NCBI GenBank assembly: GCA_965248695.1
Contig: CBDFKD010000002.1
Coordinates: 2,816,001-2,880,000 of the forward strand
DNA from: Acidobacteriota bacterium
GTDB taxonomy: Bacteria > Acidobacteriota > UBA890 > WLXD01
Length of the DNA stretch: 64,000 nucleotides
Direction of reading: 5' to 3'
Every line of letters starts with the position of its first letter. The first letter of the stretch is position 1. The position numbers and the translations under genes were made by a program. The notes beneath the pieces were generated by a model, which saw only the letters and a list, made by a program, of their open reading frames with translations, was not told the DNA's origin and searched no databases. Below are positions 40,665 to 50,655 of this stretch, piece by piece.

Positions 40665-41924
40665 ATGAGCATGGCTAGCACCACACAACCCTTTGTGCAG
40701 CGCACGCTGGAGGTGACGCTCGCCGGATTCTTGGTCGGTGTCGGCGGACTCTCCGCCGCCTGCAGCGCTCCACCCGATGCGGACGGCCCCGCAGCCAGCC
40801 TGTGGACCAACGGCGCTGACAACCGCAGCTGGGACGATCCAGACAACTGGGAACGGCGCATCCTGCCCGGGGTCGCCCGCGACGCGGATTTCCGCTCCTC
40901 GACACCTGCCATCGTCGACATCCAGCCAGGAGTCACCAACTCGGCGTTGGACCTCGAGATTCACGATGGCAGCCATGTGTTCGAGTTTCGGTCCGGCTCC
41001 TCCATCGAGATTGCAGACGAGGTGGAGATCGGTGATTCAGGCCCCGCCTCGCTGACGTTGAGGGGACCGGGGACCCTCGTCGGACACGCGGTTCAATTCA
41101 CCGTGGGCCACAAGGGCAGCGTCGACAACGTCGGGACCTTGAGGGTGGCGGGGGGTGCCACCATCGATTGGTCGAACGGATTTGTGCGCGTCGGACGAGG
41201 GCTGGAGGATCTCCCGATACCCGGCCACCTCGAGGTCGTGGCCGGCGGGAAGATGGTTCTGAACGGCAGTTCGCTGCAGGTGGGCCTCAACGGTCCTGGA
41301 ACGCTCGAACTGAGCGGTTCGCGCTCAATGATCTCTCTTGGCGGGGATCCCGACAGCGGTACCGGCGACCTACTGATTGGTACTGCCGCCAGCGGATCTG
41401 TGGTCGTCGAAGAACAGGCAGTGCTGAGCGGTATTGGCGAGCTCGTGGTCGGAAACGGGAGCTCGGCCAGTCTCTCCGTTCTGTCCGGTGGTTCTGTCCG
41501 AGTCACAGGCCCTCGGATTGCCGTCAACGGAGGTCAGGTCGCCGTGTCGGGTGGAGGATCGATTCTGGCCGGCGCCGGTACCGGCACGGCCCTGAGTATC
41601 GAGGCCGGCGGCTCCCTTTCACTCGCCGCAGGAGGGGTTGTGCAGGGTATCGGAAGCCTCTCTTTTGATTCCGAAGCCAGGTTCAACCTCTCGTTCGAAG
41701 CCGGCCCCGCTGGAGACGTGACCGTGAGCGGCGCGGTGAGCCTGAACGGGGCTCGCATTGTCGTTACCGGCGCGGGGGTCTCCGGCGAGGCCTATCCTGT
41801 TCTTCGCACCCAGGGCGACGATGTGATCAGCGGTCGTTTCAATGAAGAGGATCTTGCACCTGGGTGGTCCATCGAGTATCGGGACAGTCAGGTCCTCCTG
41901 CATTTCGAGTCTGCCGCGACCTGA
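40665..41924 (+). CDS. Gly-rich beta-repeat surface protein, putative lipoprotein (autotransporter-passenger-like)
   Basis: LSAAC lipobox-like motif, W...SWDDPDNW and repeated L.VG..G.G.L. Confidence 0.6.
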   Translation: MSMASTTQPFVQRTLEVTLAGFLVGVGGLSAACSAPPDADGPAASLWTNGADNRSWDDPDNWERRILPGVARDADFRSSTPAIVDIQPGVTNSALDLEIHDGSHVFEFRSGSSIEIADEVEIGDSGPASLTLRGPGTLVGHAVQFTVGHKGSVDNVGTLRVAGGATIDWSNGFVRVGRGLEDLPIPGHLEVVAGGKMVLNGSSLQVGLNGPGTLELSGSRSMISLGGDPDSGTGDLLIGTAASGSVVVEEQAVLSGIGELVVGNGSSASLSVLSGGSVRVTGPRIAVNGGQVAVSGGGSILAGAGTGTALSIEAGGSLSLAAGGVVQGIGSLSFDSEARFNLSFEAGPAGDVTVSGAVSLNGARIVVTGAGVSGEAYPVLRTQGDDVISGRFNEEDLAPGWSIEYRDSQVLLHFESAAT

Positions 41925-41987
41925 CGCTCTGAGCGGGCTTCTGACGGTGACCCTCGCACCTCGCCTGCCCGGTAGGGGGCGCCCACT

Positions 41988-42923
41988 CTAGTCGTCAGCG
42001 GGGCCTCCGAACGAAGCACTTCCGTGAGCGTACGCGTTGCAATTGTGGCGCGGCAACGCGTAGCGAGCCGACTCGGCAATCGGCGTGTCGATGTCGGCAT
42101 CTTCGACGGCGAACGCGAACGGATGTCCGGCCTCCGCCACAACCCTCTCGGAGGTCTGATCGAAGGCCTCGTGGATCCCATGCGGATAGCAGTACCCCCA
42201 ATCGAGATGGCCAACGAGCGACTTGATGAGATCGCAGGAAGCTTCGACCTCCCGCCTCTGGGCGTCCTCTTGCAGGTGGCTGAGGATGGCATGGCTGAAG
42301 CCGTGACCGCCTACTCCCATGCCTGCCTCGCAGAGATGCCGCACATCAGCATCGTCCAGGTAGAGCGTCCGCCATTCAGGCAACGTTCCCTCGAAGGCGT
42401 AGTCGAACAAGCCTCGAAGCGCCTCGCGGCGCGACTCTGAAGAGAGCTCCCAGTTGAACAGCCGCTTGATGCGCTTCGTCGGCGTGTCCGAGGGCTGTCC
42501 GACGTAGTGACCCATCCGAGCCTTGTCGATCTCCGGGAGCAGCTCTGGGTGGGCCGCGCGGACCCAGTCGAGGGCTTCGGCGCCACCCAGTCGCCCTACT
42601 GCGAGATGCAGCTTGTGGACATCGAGGAACTCGCCCGTCGTGATGGGACCAGCCGGCACATAGAAGATGCCGAAGATCTTCCTGGCCTGCAGTGCCGGCA
42701 GGACATGGGCGACGTGATCACGGAACCCATCGTCGAACGTCAGCAGCACTCCGGACGGCGCCGCACCTCCGGCAGTCCACTTCTCGAAGGAGTCCCGGTC
42801 AACGAATCCGTACACCTCGGCAAGGTAGTCGAGCTGCTGCTCGAAATGCCGTCTTGCCAAGTACGGAAAGTGCGGAAGACCTGGAGCACTAGGTCGCACG
42901 TAGTGGTACATCAGCGGCTTCAT
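41988..42923 (-). CDS. Polysaccharide deacetylase
   Basis: MYHYVR, LTFDDG, GGHGFSH and YCYPHG motifs. Confidence 0.9.
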   Translation of the reverse strand: MKPLMYHYVRPSAPGLPHFPYLARRHFEQQLDYLAEVYGFVDRDSFEKWTAGGAAPSGVLLTFDDGFRDHVAHVLPALQARKIFGIFYVPAGPITTGEFLDVHKLHLAVGRLGGAEALDWVRAAHPELLPEIDKARMGHYVGQPSDTPTKRIKRLFNWELSSESRREALRGLFDYAFEGTLPEWRTLYLDDADVRHLCEAGMGVGGHGFSHAILSHLQEDAQRREVEASCDLIKSLVGHLDWGYCYPHGIHEAFDQTSERVVAEAGHPFAFAVEDADIDTPIAESARYALPRHNCNAYAHGSASFGGPADD

Positions 42924-42984
42924 CACACACGGTCCCGTCGCATGGAGGTCTCGCCCGCCCGGGCGCCGACCGAAGATAGCCAAG

Positions 42985-45249
42985 CTACTCTACGAAGACT
43001 TCCTCTCCTGCCTCGATGGCGTCCAGGACCATGCGCGCGATCTCAGGACGCATGAACCAATCCGGAGGCGCCTCGCCGCGCTGGAACCTGCTGCGAGCCT
43101 CGCTGCCGCTGATGTGGAGTTTCTCGTTGTCGGCGTGATGGAGAGTCCCGTCTTCTTCCATGTGGGCCCCGTGTTTCCGGGAATAGAAGACCGAATCGAA
43201 CTTGACCACCTCAATTCCCAGGTCGGGAAACCTGTCGAAAATCTCGTGCGAGGCGTGCGGATCGTACGACGTCCCGGCGCCTGTATGGTCCCTACCAACG
43301 ATGAAGTGCGTGCAACCGAAGTTCTTCCTGCATATTGCCGTGAAGACCGCCTCGCGGGGCCCTGCGTAGCGCGAGAACGTCGACAGCGTGGCGAACACCA
43401 CTTTGTCCTTCGGATAGCAGTGCTGGACCATGTACTCGTAACTCTTGACGATGTACTCGTTGCGAAAATCACCGCTCCGCTTCTTACCGATTACTGGATG
43501 GACGAACAGTCCGTCGCAGTGCTCTTTCTCGAGCGCCGCAAGCTGAATGTACTCATGGCTCCGATGGATCACATTCCGCGTATGAAAACCGACGACCTTG
43601 GTCCACATCCGCTCGCTGAACAACCTCCGAACCTGCCGCGGAGTCAACTCGTACCCCCTGTGATCCGAGATACTCCTCCGGAAGAGGCTGATCCGTCCCC
43701 CGAGGAAGAACGGCTGCAGCGCTAGCGCCCATGCCACACCGGGGTGCGCGGTGTCCGTCGTTCCATAGATCTTGTCGCAGAAACGCTCCCTATCGAACAG
43801 GTAGCTGTCACTGACGTCCAGCGTCCCGACGATGCCCTCGTCGTCGGCTAAAGCGACGGTGTCGCCGGACGCGATCTGGTCTGCGGTCTCCTTGTCCACA
43901 TCCAAGACCAGTGGGACTGTCCACAGGACGCCCGAAGGAAGCCGCATGTCATCGAGCACGCCGCCGAGCTCGCTCTCGGTCATGAATCCATCCAGCGGAC
44001 TGAACGTTCCGATGGCGATTTGCTCGAGGTCCATCAGCTGGTTGGCGTTCAGCACTATCTTCTGCAGCGAGTCCAGCTGAGCGCTCCCGCCGGCGGGCTC
44101 GCCTACGAGTCGATCAACGAGGATACCCCCGTGCGGCGCCACCAACGTGGAGCCGCTGGCATCGTCGAGGAGATAACGGATGTCCCGAGGCTGCTTCGCT
44201 CCGGGTACCTGCTCGATCCCTTCGAGAATCCGCTGCGCGTCAACCGCCCGGACCTGCTCGAAGAGCTTGTTCATCATCGACACACACTCCATCGGGAATC
44301 TTCCGATCGCGGTCTCGGCGGAGAGAATGACCCCGCTCGCGCCATCGAGCAGCGTGGCAATGACGTCATGCACTTCCGCTCGGGTGGGCCTGTTCTTCGC
44401 GACCATCGTTTCCAGGAGATTGGTCGCGACGAACACGTCTTTGCCCATCCGGGCTGCACGCCCGAGGACGATCTTCTGCGCGATCGGGACCTTCTCGATC
44501 GGGATCTCTTTGCTGAGGTCACCACGATCCAGCAGGAGAGCGTCCGACGCTTCGATGATCTCATCGAGTCTTTGTAGCGCGTCGGTACACTCGATCTTGG
44601 AGATGATCCTCATTCTTGATTGCGTCGCTTGGCGTACTGCGTCAACCGATGCGCCACCACGGACGAATGACACGGCAATGTCCTCTACGTTCGCCGCCAA
44701 GCCGATCTCGATCGATTGATAGTCCTTCTCGGACAGCGGGGGAAGGGCGAGTCGCCTGTCACCAGACGCCTCGATCGCCACCGCTTTGTTGCTCCCCAAG
44801 CTCCCGGACGTCAGCGCCTTGGCGCGAATATGACCCTTGCTGCTACTGCTGGTGTCGAGAACCCTCAAGATGAGCGACTCGAAATCCACGTACAGGAGAT
44901 CTCCCTCTTCGAGCTGCTCCACGACATGACTCGGGTGCAACGAGATTCCCTGCTGATCTCCCATCACCTCCCGCGTGAGGATCCTCAGATCGTCTCCCTC
45001 CCGAAGCTCCAATGACCCTGTGCGAACGCGCCCCGAGCGCACCTGCGAGCCCTCGGTATCGATGATGAACGGAATTCCGACTTTCTTCGAGAGATCGATT
45101 GACCGTTGCAGATCGTCCAGGCTCGAATGCGACATATTGACGCGGACGAAATCCACGCCCTTGTCTTTGAGCTTCCGCAGGGCAGCCTCGGTATTCGTCG
45201 CAGGCCCGAGCGTGACGATGAGCTTTGGCTTTCTCCACATACGATTCAT
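42985..45249 (-). CDS. Pyruvate kinase-like domain fused to sulfate adenylyltransferase (Sat)
   Basis: N-terminal TLGP, RVNMSH, SFVR, ISKIE, DRGDL, PTRAE and LSAETAIG; C-terminal PHGG, FSPLDGFM, HTRNVIHRSH, YAGPREA and FIVGRDH; one uninterrupted ORF. Confidence 0.92.
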   Translation of the reverse strand: MNRMWRKPKLIVTLGPATNTEAALRKLKDKGVDFVRVNMSHSSLDDLQRSIDLSKKVGIPFIIDTEGSQVRSGRVRTGSLELREGDDLRILTREVMGDQQGISLHPSHVVEQLEEGDLLYVDFESLILRVLDTSSSSKGHIRAKALTSGSLGSNKAVAIEASGDRRLALPPLSEKDYQSIEIGLAANVEDIAVSFVRGGASVDAVRQATQSRMRIISKIECTDALQRLDEIIEASDALLLDRGDLSKEIPIEKVPIAQKIVLGRAARMGKDVFVATNLLETMVAKNRPTRAEVHDVIATLLDGASGVILSAETAIGRFPMECVSMMNKLFEQVRAVDAQRILEGIEQVPGAKQPRDIRYLLDDASGSTLVAPHGGILVDRLVGEPAGGSAQLDSLQKIVLNANQLMDLEQIAIGTFSPLDGFMTESELGGVLDDMRLPSGVLWTVPLVLDVDKETADQIASGDTVALADDEGIVGTLDVSDSYLFDRERFCDKIYGTTDTAHPGVAWALALQPFFLGGRISLFRRSISDHRGYELTPRQVRRLFSERMWTKVVGFHTRNVIHRSHEYIQLAALEKEHCDGLFVHPVIGKKRSGDFRNEYIVKSYEYMVQHCYPKDKVVFATLSTFSRYAGPREAVFTAICRKNFGCTHFIVGRDHTGAGTSYDPHASHEIFDRFPDLGIEVVKFDSVFYSRKHGAHMEEDGTLHHADNEKLHISGSEARSRFQRGEAPPDWFMRPEIARMVLDAIEAGEEVFVE

Positions 45250-45289
45250 GCTGTACGCCGTCTGGCTCTGTTTGCCGTGGGTCGGTGCC

Positions 45290-46198
45290 TCAGATTTCCA
45301 CTTCGTATTTTTCGAAGACCTGGCCCCGCAAATCCGTCGTGGCCGCGTCAATTGCCTGTGCTAGATCCGCGGCAATGTGGTGCCGCCAATCGCCAGCCAC
45401 GCCCTTGCGCATGGATTCGCCTCGATCTTCCTCACCGCGCTTTCGGGAACCGTTCTCCGCATGTCGGCGAGTCATTTGCTCGAAAGAGGCGGCGTGGACC
45501 ATCTGTTCAACGACCGCGCCCGTGGCCTCTACTTCCAGGTAGTCGAGGACGCCCCTGGTAACCTCGAGCGGACTGGTGGACATCCGTTCATAGGTGATGC
45601 AGTGCACGCTTCCAGCGTATTCCAGTAGGGCCTCGTACTCCTTGATGATCCTGCTCTCCAAGTATTCGTGGGCGAACGCCGAGGTTATCTCTCGTTCCTT
45701 TTTTCTGCCCTTCCGCAGATTGCTGAAATGCCAGGAAGTGAGCTTGTCTTTGGGGTCTCGGATACAACAGATCTTCTTGATGGAGGGATAGAACGAGTCG
45801 ATGAAGTCGAGATGAAAAGTGTACGCGGGCGACGATTCACCCACTAGCGCCTTGTCGCCGCGTTGCTCGTCGCAATAGTCGCTATAGCGGTTCACCATCA
45901 GGCGGTAGAACTCCGCCTTCGAAACCTCGTCGGCAAGCGGAATGAGGTCGGCGAACACCTTGCCGAACTTGGTCAAATAGTCAGAGAGGGGGCGTACGAA
46001 CCGGTCCGCAGTATCCGGCTCGAGGCTGGCAATCGTGTTGAAGAAGTGGACCTCACCGGCGCGGCGCTCGTGGGCAGTGACCATGAACGGCAGGCTCGGG
46101 AAACTCGCAATGTTCGGATGCTCGTTCAACGTCGCAGACGTCCACAGCGTTCCGCTACGCTCGTGTCCGACGATGAGGAAGTCGGGGCGCAATCTCAT
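45290..46198 (-). CDS. PAPS-dependent sulfotransferase
   Basis: GHERSGT 5'-PSB loop, RDPKD...S 3'-PB and RKGVAGDW. Confidence 0.88.
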   Translation of the reverse strand: MRLRPDFLIVGHERSGTLWTSATLNEHPNIASFPSLPFMVTAHERRAGEVHFFNTIASLEPDTADRFVRPLSDYLTKFGKVFADLIPLADEVSKAEFYRLMVNRYSDYCDEQRGDKALVGESSPAYTFHLDFIDSFYPSIKKICCIRDPKDKLTSWHFSNLRKGRKKEREITSAFAHEYLESRIIKEYEALLEYAGSVHCITYERMSTSPLEVTRGVLDYLEVEATGAVVEQMVHAASFEQMTRRHAENGSRKRGEEDRGESMRKGVAGDWRHHIAADLAQAIDAATTDLRGQVFEKYEVEI

Positions 46199-46403
46199 TT
46201 GACGTGCCTTATGGTTTCGGGACGTGGTCGGCGAGGCGATCCGATCGAACTGTCTGGATGAGCGCGGCCGTTCCTACTCCCAGGACAACATTGCTGGAGA
46301 GCTCTCGCGGCGCAGCAAGGCTTGCAGCGTGCACGCCCGACGAGGATCGCAAGCGGGGCGGACGACTGCAATCGGCTCGGTCCGCGCGGCTGGTGAACAG
46401 CGC

Positions 46404-47126
46404 TCAGAGGGCATCCGAGGATGCCTCTGTCGCCAGCCATTCGGCCAACCGGAGCTCGAATGGATCGTCAATGTTGACGACCGGACGCTTCACGATCACG
46501 GCGGCCGCGTCGCAATCGATGATCCGACCCTCGTCGAGCAGGTGGCGCCGGGTCACCGAGTAACAAAGACCGTTGCGGTGATAGTACTGCGGCACGCTTT
46601 GCCGCAAGCTGTGTTGCGAGCCGTCTTCACGGTAGAAGCCGATCAGCCCATCGTCAGACACAGTCAGGGTCTTGTGGGGAGTGTAGTGCGCCGGCGTGGG
46701 ACTCACCGTCGCAGCCGCCGGATGCCCTCCGTCGACCATGGTGCGCACCGTGCGCTCGACGTCCTCCGGACGACGCAGCGGACTCGTAGGCTCCAGCAAC
46801 ACGGAGATCTCGAAGGTCCGGCCCCAGTGCTTCTCCGCCTCTAGCCAGGCATGCCTCCAGGTCTCGACGGAGCCAGCGCGATCCCCGGAAAGTTCAGCAG
46901 GACGGAGGAACGGGACCTCCAGCCCGTGATCCCGACCCTCTGCGGCAATCTCTTCGTCGTCTGTCGAGAGCAGCCGCGCATCGATCCACGGCAGCGCCGC
47001 GGCCGTTCTCGCGGCCCGGGCAACCAGCGACAGACTCGCAACGGTGCACAGGTTCTTTCTTGGAATGCTCTTCGACCCGCCGCGCGCAGGTACGACGGCG
47101 AGCACCGCGAGTCCCTCCGGCGTCAC
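46404..47126 (-). CDS. neuA: Acylneuraminate (CMP-nonulosonate) cytidylyltransferase
   Basis: PARGGSKSIPRKN, STDD, PFLRP and EPTSPLR motifs. Confidence 0.88.
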   Translation of the reverse strand: MTPEGLAVLAVVPARGGSKSIPRKNLCTVASLSLVARAARTAAALPWIDARLLSTDDEEIAAEGRDHGLEVPFLRPAELSGDRAGSVETWRHAWLEAEKHWGRTFEISVLLEPTSPLRRPEDVERTVRTMVDGGHPAAATVSPTPAHYTPHKTLTVSDDGLIGFYREDGSQHSLRQSVPQYYHRNGLCYSVTRRHLLDEGRIIDCDAAAVIVKRPVVNIDDPFELRLAEWLATEASSDAL

Positions 47127-48136
47127 GGCGTGGCTGCCTCGGCGCCGAGCTCGACGACGCGCCCTTCAGCGCTGCTGGCTCGAATAGCCTCGACGATTCG
47201 CATCACTCTCGCTCCATCGTCCAACGTACACGTACTCGGCTCGGAGCCCGCGATCACGTCCAGGAACTCGCGCGCCACGGCGACGAACATGTCGTTTCGT
47301 TCGCACGTGAAGACTTCCTCCTGCCACACCTGCTTCCATTCGTGGCCGTACGCAATGCGATTCGGCTCGGCTGACCAAACGAGCGTCCCGTCCTCGCCGA
47401 GCAGACGGATGAACTTCTCGTGCGGCCGGCCATAGAGATCCAGATGCAGGGAGACTTGCAACGAGTCATAGGAGCACAGCGCATCCACGGTGTCGTCGGT
47501 GTCGATCTCGAGGTCGGACAGCTTCGCCACCCTTCCCAGAACCTCACGCGGCATGCCATGAAATCGGACCATCAAGTCAATCCAGTGACTTTCATCGAGC
47601 AAGGCGCCCCCACCCAAAGCTCGACTCGACATGAAGAACTCCTGATACGGCTCCCAGGGGTGCCAGTCCGCAAGGTGGGCCGACATGTGGAACTGAACGT
47701 GCCGTGGAGCTCCAATGACCCCGGCCGCGAGCAGGCTTCGAACGCGCTCCAGGGGCGGCCACCATCGCCAGCAGTACCCTAGAACCACGGGCGTGCCGGT
47801 GGCTTGCTGCGCCACCATCACTCGCTCGGCGTCGGACAGGGAGATTGCGACGGGCTTCTCCAGTAGCACCGGCAGCCGGTCGCGAAGCGCGGCGATCGTC
47901 TGATCGGGATGGAAGCTCGTGGGGGAGCAGATCGCGACGCCGTTCAGACCGCCGGCTCCGAGAGCCTCCTCCATCGTCTCGTGCGCGGCTTCGACCGCGA
48001 CCTCCGCGGCGAGCTCCTCTCGCCGATCTGCCCGTGGGTCGCAACACGAAATGCGACATCCCAGCGCCGAGAGGTTGCGCGCATGCCGTTGGCCCACGCT
48101 GCCGCTTCCGACGACAAGAATGTGCTGTCTCTCCAT
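47123..48136 (-). CDS. Gfo/Idh/MocA oxidoreductase
   Basis: GSGSVGQRH, EKP and GGGALLDESHWID motifs. Confidence 0.9.
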   Translation of the reverse strand: MERQHILVVGSGSVGQRHARNLSALGCRISCCDPRADRREELAAEVAVEAAHETMEEALGAGGLNGVAICSPTSFHPDQTIAALRDRLPVLLEKPVAISLSDAERVMVAQQATGTPVVLGYCWRWWPPLERVRSLLAAGVIGAPRHVQFHMSAHLADWHPWEPYQEFFMSSRALGGGALLDESHWIDLMVRFHGMPREVLGRVAKLSDLEIDTDDTVDALCSYDSLQVSLHLDLYGRPHEKFIRLLGEDGTLVWSAEPNRIAYGHEWKQVWQEEVFTCERNDMFVAVAREFLDVIAGSEPSTCTLDDGARVMRIVEAIRASSAEGRVVELGAEAATP

Positions 48137-48151
48137 CTGCGTTTCTGCCCG

Positions 48152-49696
48152 TTACCTGATACCTGCGACCATGCTCTCGTAGGCGTCCGAGTCGAACGGT
48201 ACCTCGATGAAACCCGGGCCCGACTCCGGGTTCCAAGCCGAGAGTGCTGATTCAACGGCACCCTGTGTCTCTGCCCTTGTCCCGGGAACCCCGAACGCGT
48301 CGAAACCGGCCACCCACGACCGTCCATCCATGACGAGCGGCGATTGTGTCAGCCCATCCCGTAGCGCACGGGTGCGTATCGATCCGAAGGCATTGTCAGT
48401 CATGAGGAGGACCAGAAGGGGTAGTCGATGACGGACGGCGATTTTCAACTCCGAAGGGTACATTCCGACGCTGCCATCGCCGAGCACTACGACGGTGGGT
48501 ACGGTGGAGTCGTGTAGTGCGGCACCGATAGCCATGGGCAACCCGGTTCCCATATAGCGAGCCTGTCCCGACATGAGGCACCAATCTGCCCGGCGGGCGG
48601 GCCAAGCATGCTCCCCGACGGTGCAGAAATACCCCGTGTCCATGACGAGCCTGACGGTTCCCAAGAAGCGTCGGTCCAGGGCCGCGAATACGCTTCCGGG
48701 CAAGAACCCCTGGCTCAGATGGGCATCAAGGTCGGCCAGTGCGCTGCGTAGGCGAGCGCCTCCCCATGCCTTGCCCTGGAGAGCGCCTGCGAGCTCCTCG
48801 AACGCCGAAGCGGGAAGACGAGCCGCGAACGCAAAGCCCTCGACGCCGGGAGTTGCAATGACCTCCACGTTGATCGCCGGACTGGCGAACGGCCGTACAG
48901 CAAGCAGTTCGCGCGCCGTCAGCCCGAGCCCGACCACCACATCGGCCTCGGGCAAGAGACTCGCCTCTGGAGTGAGCTCGAGCCCGCTCCCGGTGTAAAC
49001 GCCTGCCGCGTGTGCGAGCGTCTCGTCCACCAAGCCCTTGGCTGCGGCGGTGGAGAACACCGGGACCTCAAGTCGCGAGAGCTCCCCGCCCCAGTTCTGA
49101 CGGATCGCCAGGCTACCCGCGATGATCGCTGGCTTCCGCGAGCGGCGCACGAGATCGAGGCCCGTTCGGAGGTCGCCTGCCGGTCCCACTCCTGCTGCGA
49201 TTGGCGGCGCTATCGGTGCAGCGCCGTCGGCAAGTTCCAGCAGCACCGGGGCTGGCTCCTCCCGCTCCGCCAAGCTCGCCATCTCGTCGAAGCCCGTCCC
49301 TTCCGGCGTCAGCGAACCCACCGCCTTCGTCACTGCCGAGCACAGCGCTCGATGGTCCAAGCGCTTGTGGGCAACCCACGGCGGCGCTTCTGGAGCGACG
49401 GCCTCGGCGAGGTGCACTAGCGGGAACGATTCGAACCACGCGGCAGCCATTCCTGGCAGGGTGTTGGTAAGGCCAGGCCCCTTGATCGACAGAGAGACTC
49501 CGGCGCGACCGCTGAGCCGGCCGACGGTGGCGGCCATGAGCGCGCCACTGCCCTCGAAGTGCGTGAGGTGAAAGGGAACACCTCGCGCCTCCAGGGCGTC
49601 TATCAACGACAATGTCGCGCCGCTCCCCGGGATTCCGAAGACCTCGCGCACGCCTCGCGCGGTGATGTCATCGGCAAGCTGCTCGAACCGACTCAA
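48152..49696 (-). CDS. Thiamine-diphosphate-dependent enzyme (acetolactate synthase/decarboxylase family)
   Basis: VFGIPG, HFE, GPGLTN and GDGS...DN; TTG start overlaps the upstream TGA. Confidence 0.88.
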   Translation of the reverse strand: MSRFEQLADDITARGVREVFGIPGSGATLSLIDALEARGVPFHLTHFEGSGALMAATVGRLSGRAGVSLSIKGPGLTNTLPGMAAAWFESFPLVHLAEAVAPEAPPWVAHKRLDHRALCSAVTKAVGSLTPEGTGFDEMASLAEREEPAPVLLELADGAAPIAPPIAAGVGPAGDLRTGLDLVRRSRKPAIIAGSLAIRQNWGGELSRLEVPVFSTAAAKGLVDETLAHAAGVYTGSGLELTPEASLLPEADVVVGLGLTARELLAVRPFASPAINVEVIATPGVEGFAFAARLPASAFEELAGALQGKAWGGARLRSALADLDAHLSQGFLPGSVFAALDRRFLGTVRLVMDTGYFCTVGEHAWPARRADWCLMSGQARYMGTGLPMAIGAALHDSTVPTVVVLGDGSVGMYPSELKIAVRHRLPLLVLLMTDNAFGSIRTRALRDGLTQSPLVMDGRSWVAGFDAFGVPGTRAETQGAVESALSAWNPESGPGFIEVPFDSDAYESMVAGIR

Positions 49697-50655
49697 GCAG
49701 AGCCCTCGAGCGCATCCTTGATCTTGGCCGCCGCAACACGGCAAACGACCCGCACGGCGTCGGGACTGAAACCACCGCAATGGGGCGTGATCAAGAGGTT
49801 GTCATGCGAGCTTGCATAGGCCACCAGGGGATCGTCCCCGACGTCGGGCTCGGCCGCCAGGACATCGAGCCCCGCGGCAGCGATATGCCCCGAATTCAGA
49901 CCCCTCAGCAGAGCCGCTTCATCGAGGATCTGACCTCTCGAGGTATTGACAATGACGATACCGGGCCGCGCACGGGCCAGGAGATCTGCCGACACGAGCC
50001 CTTCGGTCTGCTCGGTCAGATGAACGTGGATGGAGACGAAGTCGGCGCGCTCGAACACTGCTTCCAGAGCCACCGGTTCGATGGTCTCGGGGAAATGCTC
50101 GACGAAGGGATCGTGTCCGATGACCTCCATGTCGAAAGCACGCCCATATCGGGCCATCCACGTCCCGATCCGTCCACACCCCACGAGCCCGAGGCACCTG
50201 CCCTTGAGCATTCGCCCGGGGAATTCCTCCCGATCCCAGCGACGCTCTCGGACGTGCCTGACCGCCCCGACCAAGTTGCGTGCACAGGCCATCAACAGGG
50301 CCCAGGAGAGCTCAGCCGCGGGGGTCAGCTCTTGGAGCACGTCCGGGTTGTCCCTGAGCGTCCGCACGACGATCCCGCGCTCGTCCGCCACGCTCTGAGA
50401 AATGTGATCCGAACCCGTTGTCGCGCACGAGATAATGCGCAGGCGGGATGCAGCTGACAGCATCGAATCGCTGATACGGACCTTCATGGATGCGTCGAGA
50501 AACCCCTCGGCGAGAACCAGGGCAGCAGCGACTGCGGCGGGTTCCGCCGCGATGTGCTGGACGTTGGCCACCGGCGTCAGCACCTCGGCCGCGGCCTCGT
50601 AGCCCTCGGTCGCACCGACGTACGCGACCATACGCTCGTCAGTATCGGAACCCAT
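49693..50655 (-). CDS. D-isomer-specific 2-hydroxyacid dehydrogenase (SerA-like)
   Basis: GCGRIG, NTSRG, LDV...EP and TPHCGG motifs. Confidence 0.9.
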   Translation of the reverse strand: MGSDTDERMVAYVGATEGYEAAAEVLTPVANVQHIAAEPAAVAAALVLAEGFLDASMKVRISDSMLSAASRLRIISCATTGSDHISQSVADERGIVVRTLRDNPDVLQELTPAAELSWALLMACARNLVGAVRHVRERRWDREEFPGRMLKGRCLGLVGCGRIGTWMARYGRAFDMEVIGHDPFVEHFPETIEPVALEAVFERADFVSIHVHLTEQTEGLVSADLLARARPGIVIVNTSRGQILDEAALLRGLNSGHIAAAGLDVLAAEPDVGDDPLVAYASSHDNLLITPHCGGFSPDAVRVVCRVAAAKIKDALEGSA

